This document shows positions 1-10,070 of a DNA stretch of 29,927 nucleotides, piece after piece. The translations under genes were made by a program, and so were the position numbers. Source of the DNA: Candidatus Tenderia sp. (lineage in GTDB: Bacteria > Pseudomonadota > Gammaproteobacteria > Tenderiales > Tenderiaceae); assembly GCA_031416075.1 (NCBI GenBank), contig JANOSY010000080.1:1-29927 (forward strand), given 5' to 3'. Positions within the stretch are counted from its first letter, which is position 1; every line of letters begins with the position of its first letter. The notes under the pieces are model-generated. The model had not been told where the DNA came from. It did not search any database and was given only the letters and a program-made list of their open reading frames with translations.

Positions 1-61
1 CTATCCGGTGATCGGGGATAGTGCGAAAAAAATCGATGAATCCTTCGGGGGGCTCTTCCAT
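1..61 (-). CDS. ISAs1-family transposase, N-terminal 20 aa only (partial)
   Basis: My own translation: MEEPPEGFIDFFRTIPDHRI..., open to the window edge and absent from the ORF track. It resembles the N-terminal region of ISAs1 transposases (F..I.D.R). Confidence 0.7.
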   Translation of the reverse strand, partial: MEEPPEGFIDFFRTIPDHRI

Positions 62-141
62 TTCAAATGTTCCGTGCTGAAAATATCTGAAATGACAGAT
101 TGCCGGGAATTTGTCACTCGGTTTTTAATGAGGGAGCCCTG
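1..141 (-). mobile_element. Left end of an ISAs1-family insertion sequence (terminal IR plus start of transposase), running off the window
   Basis: Minus strand from 141 reads CAGGGCTCCCTCAT, which resembles the CAGGGC start of ISAs1-family IRs. An ATG at 61 opens an ORF with the ISAs1-type F-x-x-I-P-D-H/P-R N-terminal motif. Confidence 0.7.
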
Positions 142-160
142 TGGATATGGGTGATGGGGC

Positions 161-189
161 TTGCTGGTGGCAGGGCTTTTAGGTAGAAT
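161..189 (+). promoter_or_regulatory. Putative sigma70 promoter of rpmE
   Basis: TTGCTG (161-166), 17 nt spacer, TAGAAT (184-189), then a GC-rich discriminator-like GCCCGGC. AGAGG RBS before ATG 259. Confidence 0.6.
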
Positions 190-258
190 GCCCGGCTCTT
201 TCGCACAGCAATTTTGTTCTGATTGTGAAATTTGATTTGAGTTGAGAGGTTCAAAGCC

Positions 259-465
259 ATGAAAGCGGACATCCATCCCGCCTACCAAGAAGTAGAAGTT
301 ACCTGCAGTTGCGGTAATGTTTTCAAGACCCGGTCGACATTGACCAAAAGTGCGCTGCATCTGGACGTATGTGCCAGCTGCCACCCTTTCTACACTGGTA
401 AGCAGAAGATTGTTGATACCGCCGGTCGTGTAGATAAGTTTCGTCAGAAGTACGGGGTTAAGTAA
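259..465 (+). CDS. rpmE: 50S ribosomal protein L31 (Zn-binding type A)
   Basis: [12 protein letters not shown] and [19 protein letters not shown] motifs. Confidence 0.98.
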   Translation: MKADIHPAYQEVEVTCSCGNVFKTRSTLTKSALHLDVCASCHPFYTGKQKIVDTAGRVDKFRQKYGVK

Positions 466-473
466 CCAGCAAC

Positions 474-1280
474 GTGTCTGGGCTTGCCGGTTTAAAAAGG
501 GTGCCTCACAAGGGCACCCTTTTTGCGTTATGGGTTGTGTTGTTTTTCTCTGGCGCGTGGTCCCCGCGGGCCGGGGCACAGTTGTGCCTCCCGTTTCAGG
601 CGGACGAGTGGGTCAATGTGAGTTACGTCTACGATGGCGATACCGTCAGGCTCAGCGATGGCCGCAAGGTTCGTCTCATCGGTATTAATACCCCTGAAAC
701 TGGTCACGATGGTCATGTTTCCGAGCCACTGGGCGAGGCGGCGCGTCAGGCGTTGCAGGGGTTGCTGGCCGGGCAGTCACAGGTTGCCTTGCGTTACGAG
801 GAGGATCGCCACGATCAGTATGGGCGTCTGTTGGCCCATCTCTATTTGGCGGATCAGCGCAACGTTCAGGTGCTGCTGCTGGAGCAGGGGTTGGCGGCAG
901 CGGTTGCAGTTGCCCCCAACTTTGCCAATCTAGAGTGTTATTTCGCGGCGGAGGCACGTGCCAATGGCACAGGTATATGGCAGCAGCGCCGTTTTAGTGC
1001 CTATGAGTCTGGGCACTTGCCACGTGAGGCCCGTGGCTTTTATATAGTGCAGGGGGTGGTGGAGCGTATTGGTGAGAGTCGCCAGGCGTTATGGCTGAAT
1101 CTGCCTAATAGTGTTGCGGTACGGATTGATAACCGGGCGTTGCCCCGGTTTACGCCGGTGTTTGACCCTGACCAGCTTCAAGGTAAAAAGATCAGGGTGC
1201 GAGGCTGGTTGTCAGAGTGGCGTGGTGGTTTACAGATGCGGGTTGATCATCTTGCGGCGCTGCAGCGTCTTGATGAGTAA
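474..1280 (+). CDS. Thermonuclease (SNase) family protein with signal peptide and probable C-terminal OB-fold; start uncertain
   Basis: VYDGDTVRL, KVRLIGINTPE and DQYGRLLAHLY SNase motifs; hydrophobic N-terminus; C-terminal LQGKKIRVRGWL segment. Confidence 0.9.
   Translation: MSGLAGLKRVPHKGTLFALWVVLFFSGAWSPRAGAQLCLPFQADEWVNVSYVYDGDTVRLSDGRKVRLIGINTPETGHDGHVSEPLGEAARQALQGLLAGQSQVALRYEEDRHDQYGRLLAHLYLADQRNVQVLLLEQGLAAAVAVAPNFANLECYFAAEARANGTGIWQQRRFSAYESGHLPREARGFYIVQGVVERIGESRQALWLNLPNSVAVRIDNRALPRFTPVFDPDQLQGKKIRVRGWLSEWRGGLQMRVDHLAALQRLDE
494..524. terminator. Intrinsic terminator after rpmE, possibly bidirectional
   Basis: AAAAAGGGTGCC-TCACAAG-GGCACCCTTTTT, a perfect inverted repeat with A- and T-tracts. 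Confidence 0.8.
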
Positions 1281-1377
1281 TTCGCACCTCTGTAAACAAG
1301 AGGGTTACAATGGCGGCCTGACAGGCGGTTGACGTGGTTGGCCGCCGTAGATGTTTCTAAGGATCTGGGATCAACGT

Positions 1378-2628
1378 ATGAGCAGCGACTTGAAAGAGCG
1401 GGCCCTGAAGTATCACGCCGAACCGGTACCGGGGAAGATTGCCACGGCCATCACCAAGCCGTGCCGGGATCAGCGGGATCTGTCGCTGGCCTATACACCG
1501 GGGGTGGCGGAGCCAGTGCGTGAGATTGCCAGGGATAAAGAAAATGCTTATCTCTACACCGGCAAGGGCAATCTGGTAGCGGTGATCACTGACGGTACCG
1601 CCGTACTGGGGTTGGGCAATGTGGGTGCCCTGGCGGGCAAGCCGGTGATGGAGGGCAAGGCGGTGCTGTTCAAGAAGTTCGCCAATATTGATGTATTTGA
1701 TATCGAGGTCGATGCTGAGTCGCCGCAGGCCTTTATTGATACGGTGGCACGCATCGCCCCGACGTTTGGTGGCATCAACTTGGAAGATATTGCGGCCCCC
1801 CACTGTTTTGTTATTGAGAAAGCACTGAAGGAGCGGCTCGATATCCCGGTGTTTCATGACGATCAGCACGGTACTGCCATCATCATCGCCGCCGCGCTGC
1901 TCAACGCCCTGGAGCTGCAGGGCAAGTCGATTGGCACGGCGCAGATTGTCTGTGTTGGTGCGGGTGCGGCGGGCATCGCTTCCATGACCCTGTTGCGTGA
2001 GCTGGGCGCGACACATGGCAATATTATGTTGGTAGATCGCACCGGTGTGGTTCACAGCGGTCGCAGCGATCTGAACGAATATAAACGTGAATTTGTGGTT
2101 GAGACGGAGAAACGTAGCCTCGCCGATGCGGTGAATGGCGCGGATGTTGTGATTGGCGTCTCTGGTCCCGACATTCTGACGGCAGAGATGCTTAAGTCGA
2201 TGGCGGCTAAACCGGTGGTCTTTGCCCTCTCCAACCCCGACCCTGAGATCCGTCCGGAAGTGGCGTTGAAGACACGGGATGATCTGCTGATGGCCACGGG
2301 CCGCAGTGACTATCCCAACCAGGTGAATAATGTATTGGGCTTTCCATTTATTTTTCGTGGAGCGCTCGACGTGCTGGCAAGCGCTATTAATATGGAGATG
2401 CAGATTGCGGCGGTGGATGCCCTGCGGCGTCTCGCCCACGAGCCGGTGCCAGAGGAGGTGCTGGAGTGTTATGGTCTGGCGTCGCTGAGTTTTGGCCCTG
2501 ACTACATCATCCCTAAGCCTATTGATCCACGTTTGATTGAGTGGGTGCCACCGGCGGTGGCAAAAGCAGCGGTTAAGAGTGGTGTGGCACGTCGCCCCTA
2601 TCCAGGGCACTACCCCGCGTGTGACTAA
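1378..2628 (+). CDS. maeB: NAD(P)-dependent malic enzyme, short MaeB-type without PTA domain
   Basis: [60 protein letters not shown]. Start taken as ATG 1378 ([13 protein letters not shown]). Confidence 0.95.
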   Translation: MSSDLKERALKYHAEPVPGKIATAITKPCRDQRDLSLAYTPGVAEPVREIARDKENAYLYTGKGNLVAVITDGTAVLGLGNVGALAGKPVMEGKAVLFKKFANIDVFDIEVDAESPQAFIDTVARIAPTFGGINLEDIAAPHCFVIEKALKERLDIPVFHDDQHGTAIIIAAALLNALELQGKSIGTAQIVCVGAGAAGIASMTLLRELGATHGNIMLVDRTGVVHSGRSDLNEYKREFVVETEKRSLADAVNGADVVIGVSGPDILTAEMLKSMAAKPVVFALSNPDPEIRPEVALKTRDDLLMATGRSDYPNQVNNVLGFPFIFRGALDVLASAINMEMQIAAVDALRRLAHEPVPEEVLECYGLASLSFGPDYIIPKPIDPRLIEWVPPAVAKAAVKSGVARRPYPGHYPACD

Positions 2629-2686
2629 CCCCCTGGCACCGTACTGCCGTTAAGCAACTACCCCAGACTGAACAAGGGAATCAGGC

Positions 2687-3985
2687 ATGACAAAAAGAGA
2701 GACAGTGACCGTTACCGACAATGTGACCGGCAAGAGCATCGAGCTGCCGATTCAGCGCGGTACCCATGGCCCTGCTGCGGTGGATATCACCGGCCTCTAT
2801 CGTGAACTCGGTTACGTCAGTTTTGACCCCGGTTTTGTCGCCACCGCCAGCTGCCGCAGCGCCATCACCTATATTGATGGTGAAAAGGGGCAGCTGCTCT
2901 ACCGTGGTTATCCGATTGAACAGTTGGCGGCCAAGAGCTCTTTTCTCGAAGTGGCCTATCTGATGCTTTATGGCGAGCTGCCGCATCAGGGAGAGTTGGA
3001 TACGTTTGTGAACAGCATTACCCGTCACACCATGATCAACGAGAGTCTGAAGAGCTTCTATCGTGGCTTTAACCACGATGCCCATCCGATGGCGATCATG
3101 GTCGGTGTGGTGGGGTCGCTGTCGGCCTTTTACCATGAGTCGATCGACATCCGTAACCCGGAACATCGCGAGATAGCTGCCCATCGCCTGATCGCCAAGA
3201 TGCCCACCATTGCGGCGGCCTGTTATAAACACTCTGTCGGTGAGCCGTTTGTCTACCCTAAAAACTCGCTGGGTTACTGTGGCAATCTGCTGAATATGAT
3301 GTTTTCGGTCCCGTGTGAAGAGTATGACGTTGATCCGATTGCCAAAAAGGCACTGGATCTGATCTTCATCCTCCATGCTGATCATGAGCAGAACGCCAGT
3401 ACCTCGACCATCCGTCTGGCTGGCAGCTCGGCCGCCAACCCCTTTGCCTGTGTTGCCTCGGGCATTGCGGCGTTGTGGGGTCCGGCCCACGGCGGTGCCA
3501 ATGAGGCGGTGTTGCATATGTTAGGAGAGATCGGTGACGTCAGCAATATCCCCAAATATATCGCCAAGGCTAAGGATAAAAACGACCCGTTCCGGCTGAT
3601 GGGCTTTGGTCATCGTATCTATCGCAATTTCGATCCGCGCGCCACGCTCATCCGTAATATGTGCCATGAAATATTGGCTAAGTTGGGCGATGAAAAAGAT
3701 CCGTTGTTTGAGCTGGCATTGCGCCTGGAAGAGGTAGCCTTGCAGGATGATTATTTCAAAGAGCGCAGTCTCTACCCTAACGTCGATTTCTACTCGGGCA
3801 TCATCTATAAGGTATTGGGCATTCCTACCAACATGTTTACTGTTATGTTTGCCATTGCCCGGACTGTCGGCTGGGTCTCACAGTGGATGGAGATGATTGG
3901 TGATCCACAGCAGCGCATCGCCCGCCCACGCCAGCTCTATCAGGGGGCGGCACGTCGCGACTATCGGGAGATGTCAGGTCGTTAA
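2687..3985 (+). CDS. gltA: Citrate synthase (type II)
   Basis: [56 protein letters not shown]; AAGGGA RBS. Confidence 0.98.
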   Translation: MTKRETVTVTDNVTGKSIELPIQRGTHGPAAVDITGLYRELGYVSFDPGFVATASCRSAITYIDGEKGQLLYRGYPIEQLAAKSSFLEVAYLMLYGELPHQGELDTFVNSITRHTMINESLKSFYRGFNHDAHPMAIMVGVVGSLSAFYHESIDIRNPEHREIAAHRLIAKMPTIAAACYKHSVGEPFVYPKNSLGYCGNLLNMMFSVPCEEYDVDPIAKKALDLIFILHADHEQNASTSTIRLAGSSAANPFACVASGIAALWGPAHGGANEAVLHMLGEIGDVSNIPKYIAKAKDKNDPFRLMGFGHRIYRNFDPRATLIRNMCHEILAKLGDEKDPLFELALRLEEVALQDDYFKERSLYPNVDFYSGIIYKVLGIPTNMFTVMFAIARTVGWVSQWMEMIGDPQQRIARPRQLYQGAARRDYREMSGR

Positions 3986-3988
3986 CGG

Positions 3989-4636
3989 TTAAAAAGGGGT
4001 GGGTTGGGCGGTTTCGGTGAGCCGGATCAGCTCTTCCACCCGTTTAATATCAAGCCGTTGCATCGGTTTATGGGTCACCGGGTCACGTGGCGGCTGCCGC
4101 AGCGCAATCTTATCAAAGACAATTAGATCGATATTCTCCCCCTCTAGCGCCATCTGATAAACCGGTAGGTTGACAGCTTGCCCGTTGCCATGGGCAGCGC
4201 GCTGGCTGCCAAGTTCGTAGGGGAGCCGCTGGTTGATCATGAAGAGGTGCAACTCTTCACTGCCCTCCGTAAACAGATGCAGCGTGATGGTTGAAAACTC
4301 ACTGGCACTGCCATCGGCCACCGCCCCGACCAGACGGGGTTCAAAATGTTTAAAAAAAGACATCGCCTTTAGCGCTGTTTGGCGTAGTCGCGCCACTGTT
4401 TGCGGGTGTGACTCGTGTTTGAACAGGCGCTGATACTCCCGCACGGCCAGCTGGATCTCTTCATTGCGTGGCAGGCTCTGGCCACGAGGCAGATGCAGGC
4501 GGGCTGCTGCCTTCTGTTTGGCAACGGTAATGTCCTGCACCCCCTCTTCAACCATTAGTCGTGCCGCCTCCTGCGCCAGTTGCAGGCGCAGGCGCTGTTC
4601 ATGGGGTTGATGGTGGCGTGGTGACTTTTTATCCAT
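3989..4636 (-). CDS. Hypothetical protein with degenerate nucleotidyltransferase-like motif
   Basis: Start taken at MDKKSP, just downstream of the mrcA stop. N-terminal helical AQEAARLM..AKQKAA..LPRNEEI region, then PRLVGAVADGSASEFSTITLHLF, resembling the pol-beta G-S...D-x-D motif but with the Asp residues replaced. Confidence 0.7.
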   Translation of the reverse strand: MDKKSPRHHQPHEQRLRLQLAQEAARLMVEEGVQDITVAKQKAAARLHLPRGQSLPRNEEIQLAVREYQRLFKHESHPQTVARLRQTALKAMSFFKHFEPRLVGAVADGSASEFSTITLHLFTEGSEELHLFMINQRLPYELGSQRAAHGNGQAVNLPVYQMALEGENIDLIVFDKIALRQPPRDPVTHKPMQRLDIKRVEELIRLTETAQPTPF

Positions 4637-4652
4637 GGTGGCCAGTGGCTGT

Positions 4653-7034
4653 TTAGAACAATAGCTGTGGTGCCGGTTTGTCACCATCACTGCTGTGTGG
4701 TGCGGTAATTGACTCGTCGATCTCCGGCGCACTCTCTTCAGGTGCGGTATCGCTATGGAAGATCTCAAAAATAGCATCATCCTGATCGGCGTTGGCAAGC
4801 AGTCCGGTACGTGGGTCGATCTTGACGGTTACAATGCCGCTGGGCTGGGGTTGGGTGGCTTCCGGACGGCCCTTGAGCGCAACACGCATGTAATCTATCC
4901 AGATGGGCAGGGCGGCCTTGCCGCCGGTTTCATCACTGCCCAGGGATTTGGCATCGTCCAGCCCTACCCAGCTAACGGTGACAATGTCACCGTTGTAGCC
5001 GGCAAACCAGGCATCACGCTGATCGTTGGTGGTGCCGGTTTTGCCCGCCAGGTCACTGCGCCCCAGCTGCAGGGCACGGCGGCCTGTGCCGTAACGAATG
5101 ACATCCTGCATCATGCTGGTGGCGATATATGTCACCTGCTCGGAGACCACACGGGGTGCCCGAGAGCCGCCCGTCTTATTAGCCATGACGCACTCCGGAC
5201 AGGCAATGGCGGGGTGGGCTTTAAATATGGTCTTGCCGTTGCCATCCACAATCTTGCTAATGAAGTGGGGGGTGACACGAAAACCACCATTGGCAAAAAC
5301 GGTATAACCCGCCGCCAGCTCCATTGGGGTCACTGAGGCGGTGCCCAGGGAGAGTGAGAGATCACGAGGTAATCTTGTGGGCTCAAAGCCAAATTTGGTG
5401 ACAAAGTCGATGGTATAACCAACACCCACAGCCTGGAGCAGACGGATCGAGACCAGATTGCGGGAGTGGGTCAGCGCTTCACGCAGGCGGGTCGGGCCGT
5501 AGATCTCACCGCTGTAGTTTTCCGGACGCCATGAAGACTCCAGCCCTGAGTTTTCAAATACCACCGGCGCATCATTGATGATGGAGGCGGCGGTAAACCC
5601 CTGCTCCAGCGCGGCGGCATAGACAAACGGTTTAAAGCTGGAGCCAGGTTGACGTTTGGCCTGGGTGGCGCGATTGAACTTGGTGTGGAAAAAGTCAAAA
5701 CCACCACTCAGCGCTAAAACGCTGCCGTCATGCGGATTGAGAGAGACAATGGCGGCACCGGGTTCGGGAATTTGTGCCAGCGCCCACTGCTGGGGTGATC
5801 GCTCCTGTATGTAGATCACATCACCGCTCTTAATAATATCGCTGGCGCTTTTGGGGGCGGCACCGATGCTGCGACTATTAATATAGCGAGCGGCCCAAGA
5901 GAGCCCCTGCCAGGGGACTTGGACCTGTTCACCATTGGCGCGTAGCGCAACAATCCCCTGTTCTTTAACCTTGTAAACCATGGCAACTTTAAGGTTACCA
6001 ACATCAGGAATAGGGTCTATTTGCTCAAGAATGTCAGTCACCTCAGTTGCTGCGGTGAACTTGATATGGCTGATGGGGCCGCGGTAGCCGTGGCGACGGT
6101 CGTAATCGAGCAGCGCTTGGCGCAGTGACTCCTGTGCCGCCTGCTGCAGATGGGCATCGATAGTGACATATACCTTGTAACCATCGGTGTAGGCATTTTT
6201 TCCATATTTTTCATAGATATAGCTACGAACCATCTCCCCAATATAGGGAGCCTGCAGATCGATAGTGGCTTGGTAAAGCTTGGCGCTCACCGGTTCAACA
6301 ATCGCCTTGTCGTGTTCGGCTTGGGTAATGAAGCCAAGTTTGAGCATACGATTGAGCACGTAATCGCGACGCAGCTGCGCCCGTTTGGGATCGGCCACCG
6401 GGTTATAACGTGACGGGGCCTTGGGCAGGCCGGCAATCATGGCTATCTCCGCCAGATTAAGCTGATCGAGTGGCCTGCCATAGTAGACCTGTGCCGCACT
6501 GCCCACACCGTAAGCACGGTTGCCCAGGTAGATCTGGTTGAGATAGAGGGCGAGGATCTGCTCCTTGGAGAGCTCAGACTCAATCTTGAGGGAGAGCAGA
6601 ATCTCATTAAATTTACGCAGGAAGGTCTTTTCACTGCTGAGAAAAAAGTTACGCGCGACCTGCATCGTGATGGTGCTGCCTCCTTGACTCTTCTCCCCGG
6701 TGACCACCAGTAACCCGGCAGCGCGCAGCAAACCATGGTAATCAACCCCCGGATGTTCAAAAAAACGGTCATCTTCGGCCGCTAAAAAAGCATTGATTAC
6801 ACTTTTAGGGATCTGTTCGTATTTCAACGGGTCCCGTTTTTTGGTACCGTACTCAGCCAAGAGCTGGCCGCTACTGGTATAAACCTGTAACGGAACCTGG
6901 AAACGGACATCACGCAGTACCTCGACAGAGGGCAGCTGCGGGGCCACGTAAAAATAGGCAGCCACCAGCGCGGCGAGGCCAAAAACAGAGAGAGCCGCAA
7001 GGCTGATAATGAGGCGGCGGAGAAGTATGGGCAT
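4653..7034 (-). CDS. mrcA: Penicillin-binding protein 1A (bifunctional transglycosylase/transpeptidase)
   Basis: AAEDDRFFEHPGVD and QGGSTITMQVARN (transglycosylase); QPGSSFKP (SxxK), SRN, GKTGTTND (transpeptidase). Divergent from pilM as is usual. Alternative TTG start at 7049. Confidence 0.97.
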   Translation of the reverse strand: MPILLRRLIISLAALSVFGLAALVAAYFYVAPQLPSVEVLRDVRFQVPLQVYTSSGQLLAEYGTKKRDPLKYEQIPKSVINAFLAAEDDRFFEHPGVDYHGLLRAAGLLVVTGEKSQGGSTITMQVARNFFLSSEKTFLRKFNEILLSLKIESELSKEQILALYLNQIYLGNRAYGVGSAAQVYYGRPLDQLNLAEIAMIAGLPKAPSRYNPVADPKRAQLRRDYVLNRMLKLGFITQAEHDKAIVEPVSAKLYQATIDLQAPYIGEMVRSYIYEKYGKNAYTDGYKVYVTIDAHLQQAAQESLRQALLDYDRRHGYRGPISHIKFTAATEVTDILEQIDPIPDVGNLKVAMVYKVKEQGIVALRANGEQVQVPWQGLSWAARYINSRSIGAAPKSASDIIKSGDVIYIQERSPQQWALAQIPEPGAAIVSLNPHDGSVLALSGGFDFFHTKFNRATQAKRQPGSSFKPFVYAAALEQGFTAASIINDAPVVFENSGLESSWRPENYSGEIYGPTRLREALTHSRNLVSIRLLQAVGVGYTIDFVTKFGFEPTRLPRDLSLSLGTASVTPMELAAGYTVFANGGFRVTPHFISKIVDGNGKTIFKAHPAIACPECVMANKTGGSRAPRVVSEQVTYIATSMMQDVIRYGTGRRALQLGRSDLAGKTGTTNDQRDAWFAGYNGDIVTVSWVGLDDAKSLGSDETGGKAALPIWIDYMRVALKGRPEATQPQPSGIVTVKIDPRTGLLANADQDDAIFEIFHSDTAPEESAPEIDESITAPHSSDGDKPAPQLLF

Positions 7035-7192
7035 TAAAATTGTTTCCAAAACGTGGGTGAAATGTCTTTAGCAGTATAATTTTACAGTAGATAGATCAAG
7101 CTTTGATAGTCTAACCCCGATAAGCTGGAATAGCATGAATGTGGCACCAGTGTGTCCATTATCTGTTGAATTAATATAAAGTATGATATTAA

Positions 7193-8313
<1,121 letters not shown>

Positions 8314-8314
<1 letters not shown>

Positions 8315-8895
8315 TGACAACGCGTATTAACCTATTGCCCTGGCGTGAAACGCTACGTAAAGAGCGTAAGCGCCAGTTTGCCTCGATTGCCGGGGGCGTT
8401 GTTTTTTTAATGGTGGCCGTTGTTTTTTACGTACATCTGCATATTGACAGCATGGTTGAGCATCAAAATGCCCGTAACGCCTTGCTGGAGGTGGAGATTG
8501 CCAAGGTTGACGAAAGCATTAAAGAGATTAGCGAGCTCGAGACTAAAAAAACCCAGTTGCTTAACCGGATGACGGTCATTCAGGACTTGCAGACACGCCG
8601 CCCATTGAGCGTGCATCTTGTTGATGAGCTGGTGCGTACATTGCCTGAAGGGACCGTATTGACGAAGGTGACGCAAAAAGAGACAGAGTTGGAGTTAGAA
8701 GGGATGGCACAATCGAATGCCAGAATATCCGCTTTTATGCGAAACCTGGAAGATTCCGCTTGGTTTAGTAACCCCAAGCTTGATGTTATTCAGGCACAGG
8801 ATAAGGCTGGGGATCGTGTCAGCAAATTTGTGCTGAAGGTAAAACAGTTGGCTCCCGACGCGGTTGAAAAGAAAAAGACCGGTGAAGCACAATGA
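8314..8895 (+). CDS. pilN: Type IV pilus assembly protein PilN
   Basis: RINLLPWRE N-terminal motif, TM helix, coiled coil, G.AQSNARIS.FMRNL; coupled to pilM by TGATG. Confidence 0.96.
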
Positions 8896-9500
8896 GCATC
8901 AAAAAAATTGATTTTGAACAGCTTAAAACCTTGGACTTTAATGACGTTGGTTCATGGCCTTTAATTGCCAAGGCAATTGCTATCGTATTGATTTCAGCGG
9001 CAGTTCTCTTTTTTGGTTACTGGTTTGATACCCAGCAGCAGTTAGAGGTGCTGAAGCAGGCTGAACAAAAAGAGGTGGAGTTGAAAGACGCTTTTAGAGC
9101 GAAGCAGATTAAGGCGATCAATCTGGAGGATTACAAGCAGCAGATGGCCGATATGGAGCGCTCTTTTGGTGCGATGTTGCGGCAGTTGCCGAGCAAAACC
9201 GAGGTGGCCGAATTGTTGGTGGATATCTCCCAGGCGGGTTTGGCCAACGGTCTGGAGTTTGAGCTGTTTAAACCGCTGGCTGAGGAACCCGCCGAGTTTT
9301 ATTCAGAATTACCGATTGATATCAAGGTGACCGGTAATTATCACGATTTTGGCAGGTTTGTAAGTGATGTGGCGGCATTGCCACGTATCGTGACGTTGCA
9401 CGATATTGGAGTCACTGCCGGCAAGGAGGCAAATAACCCCAAGAGGCTCTCCATGTCGGTTAAGGCCAAGACTTACCGGTACCTGGAGGAGGGGCAATGA
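8892..9500 (+). CDS. pilO: Type IV pilus assembly protein PilO
   Basis: GSWP plus TM helix, LRQLPSKTEV, FYSELPI, G.YHDFG.FVS.VA.LPRIVTL, AKTYRYL; ATGA overlap with pilN. Confidence 0.96.
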   Translation: MSIKKIDFEQLKTLDFNDVGSWPLIAKAIAIVLISAAVLFFGYWFDTQQQLEVLKQAEQKEVELKDAFRAKQIKAINLEDYKQQMADMERSFGAMLRQLPSKTEVAELLVDISQAGLANGLEFELFKPLAEEPAEFYSELPIDIKVTGNYHDFGRFVSDVAALPRIVTLHDIGVTAGKEANNPKRLSMSVKAKTYRYLEEGQ

Positions 9501-10057
9501 GATCGACATTGAAGAAAAATGGCGCTCTTCTGTTGCCCGGCTGCTGTATGGTGCTGGTACTGGTGCTATCAGGTTGCAGTGGTGGCAATATGGATGACCT
9601 GCAAAAAGATATTGTAGATATTAAGGCTAATAGTAAGGGTAAGGTGCCGCCGCTGCCGGAATTTACGTCAGTGAAGAGTTTTGCCTACTCAGCGGATGAG
9701 TTGGGCGATCCGTTTGTAGGCTGGGATGAAAAGGCCGCCAAGGCACGGGAAGCACAACGGCAGTCAACAACCGGTGGTGGTTTACAGCCTAGCTTTGAGC
9801 GTAGAAAGGAGCCACTGGAAGAGTATCCGTTGGATGCGCTAAGCATGGTGGGGACCTTGCAGCGTGACAAAGAGAGTGCCGCGTTGATCAGGTCGCCAGA
9901 GGGGTTGGTTTCACGGGTAGTGAAAGGCAATTATCTGGGGCAAAACCATGGCCGGGTGACGGCAATACTTCCTGACCGGGTCGAGATTACTGAAATAGTA
10001 CCGGATGGTCTGGGCGGTTGGCTGCCCCGCCAGGCATCATTGGCGATAGCAGAGTGA
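9497..10057 (+). CDS. pilP: Type IV pilus lipoprotein PilP
   Basis: Lipobox LSGC, VPPLP, DPF, RRKEPLEEYPLD.L.MVGTL, GNYLGQNHG, EIVPDG.GGW. Confidence 0.95.
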   Translation: MRSTLKKNGALLLPGCCMVLVLVLSGCSGGNMDDLQKDIVDIKANSKGKVPPLPEFTSVKSFAYSADELGDPFVGWDEKAAKAREAQRQSTTGGGLQPSFERRKEPLEEYPLDALSMVGTLQRDKESAALIRSPEGLVSRVVKGNYLGQNHGRVTAILPDRVEITEIVPDGLGGWLPRQASLAIAE

Positions 10058-10070
10058 TCCCAAAGGGGGC

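Noticed and set aside
171-176. CAGGGC forming an inverted repeat with GCCCTG at 136-141
   Set aside because: It is only 6 bp and lies inside the rpmE promoter spacer; likely coincidence.
1-579. 192-aa minus-strand ORF
   Set aside because: It is antisense to rpmE and runs across its promoter and terminator with no recognisable motifs. The plausible minus-strand coding here is the different-frame transposase start at 61.
1357-2610. 417-aa antisense ORF spanning maeB, and similar ones opposite gltA, gltB, gltD and the ORF after hemE
   Set aside because: These look like shadow ORFs produced by the codon bias of GC-rich sense genes; they are rich in His/Arg/Gln and lack motifs.
4637-4798. N-terminal extension of the 3989-4798 ORF
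   Set aside because: It overlaps the 3' end of mrcA on the same strand; ATG 4636 just after the mrcA stop is more plausible.
7142-7157. TGGCAC possible sigma54 -24 box upstream of pilM
   Set aside because: The -12 element reads GTGT rather than TTGC, which is too weak to call.
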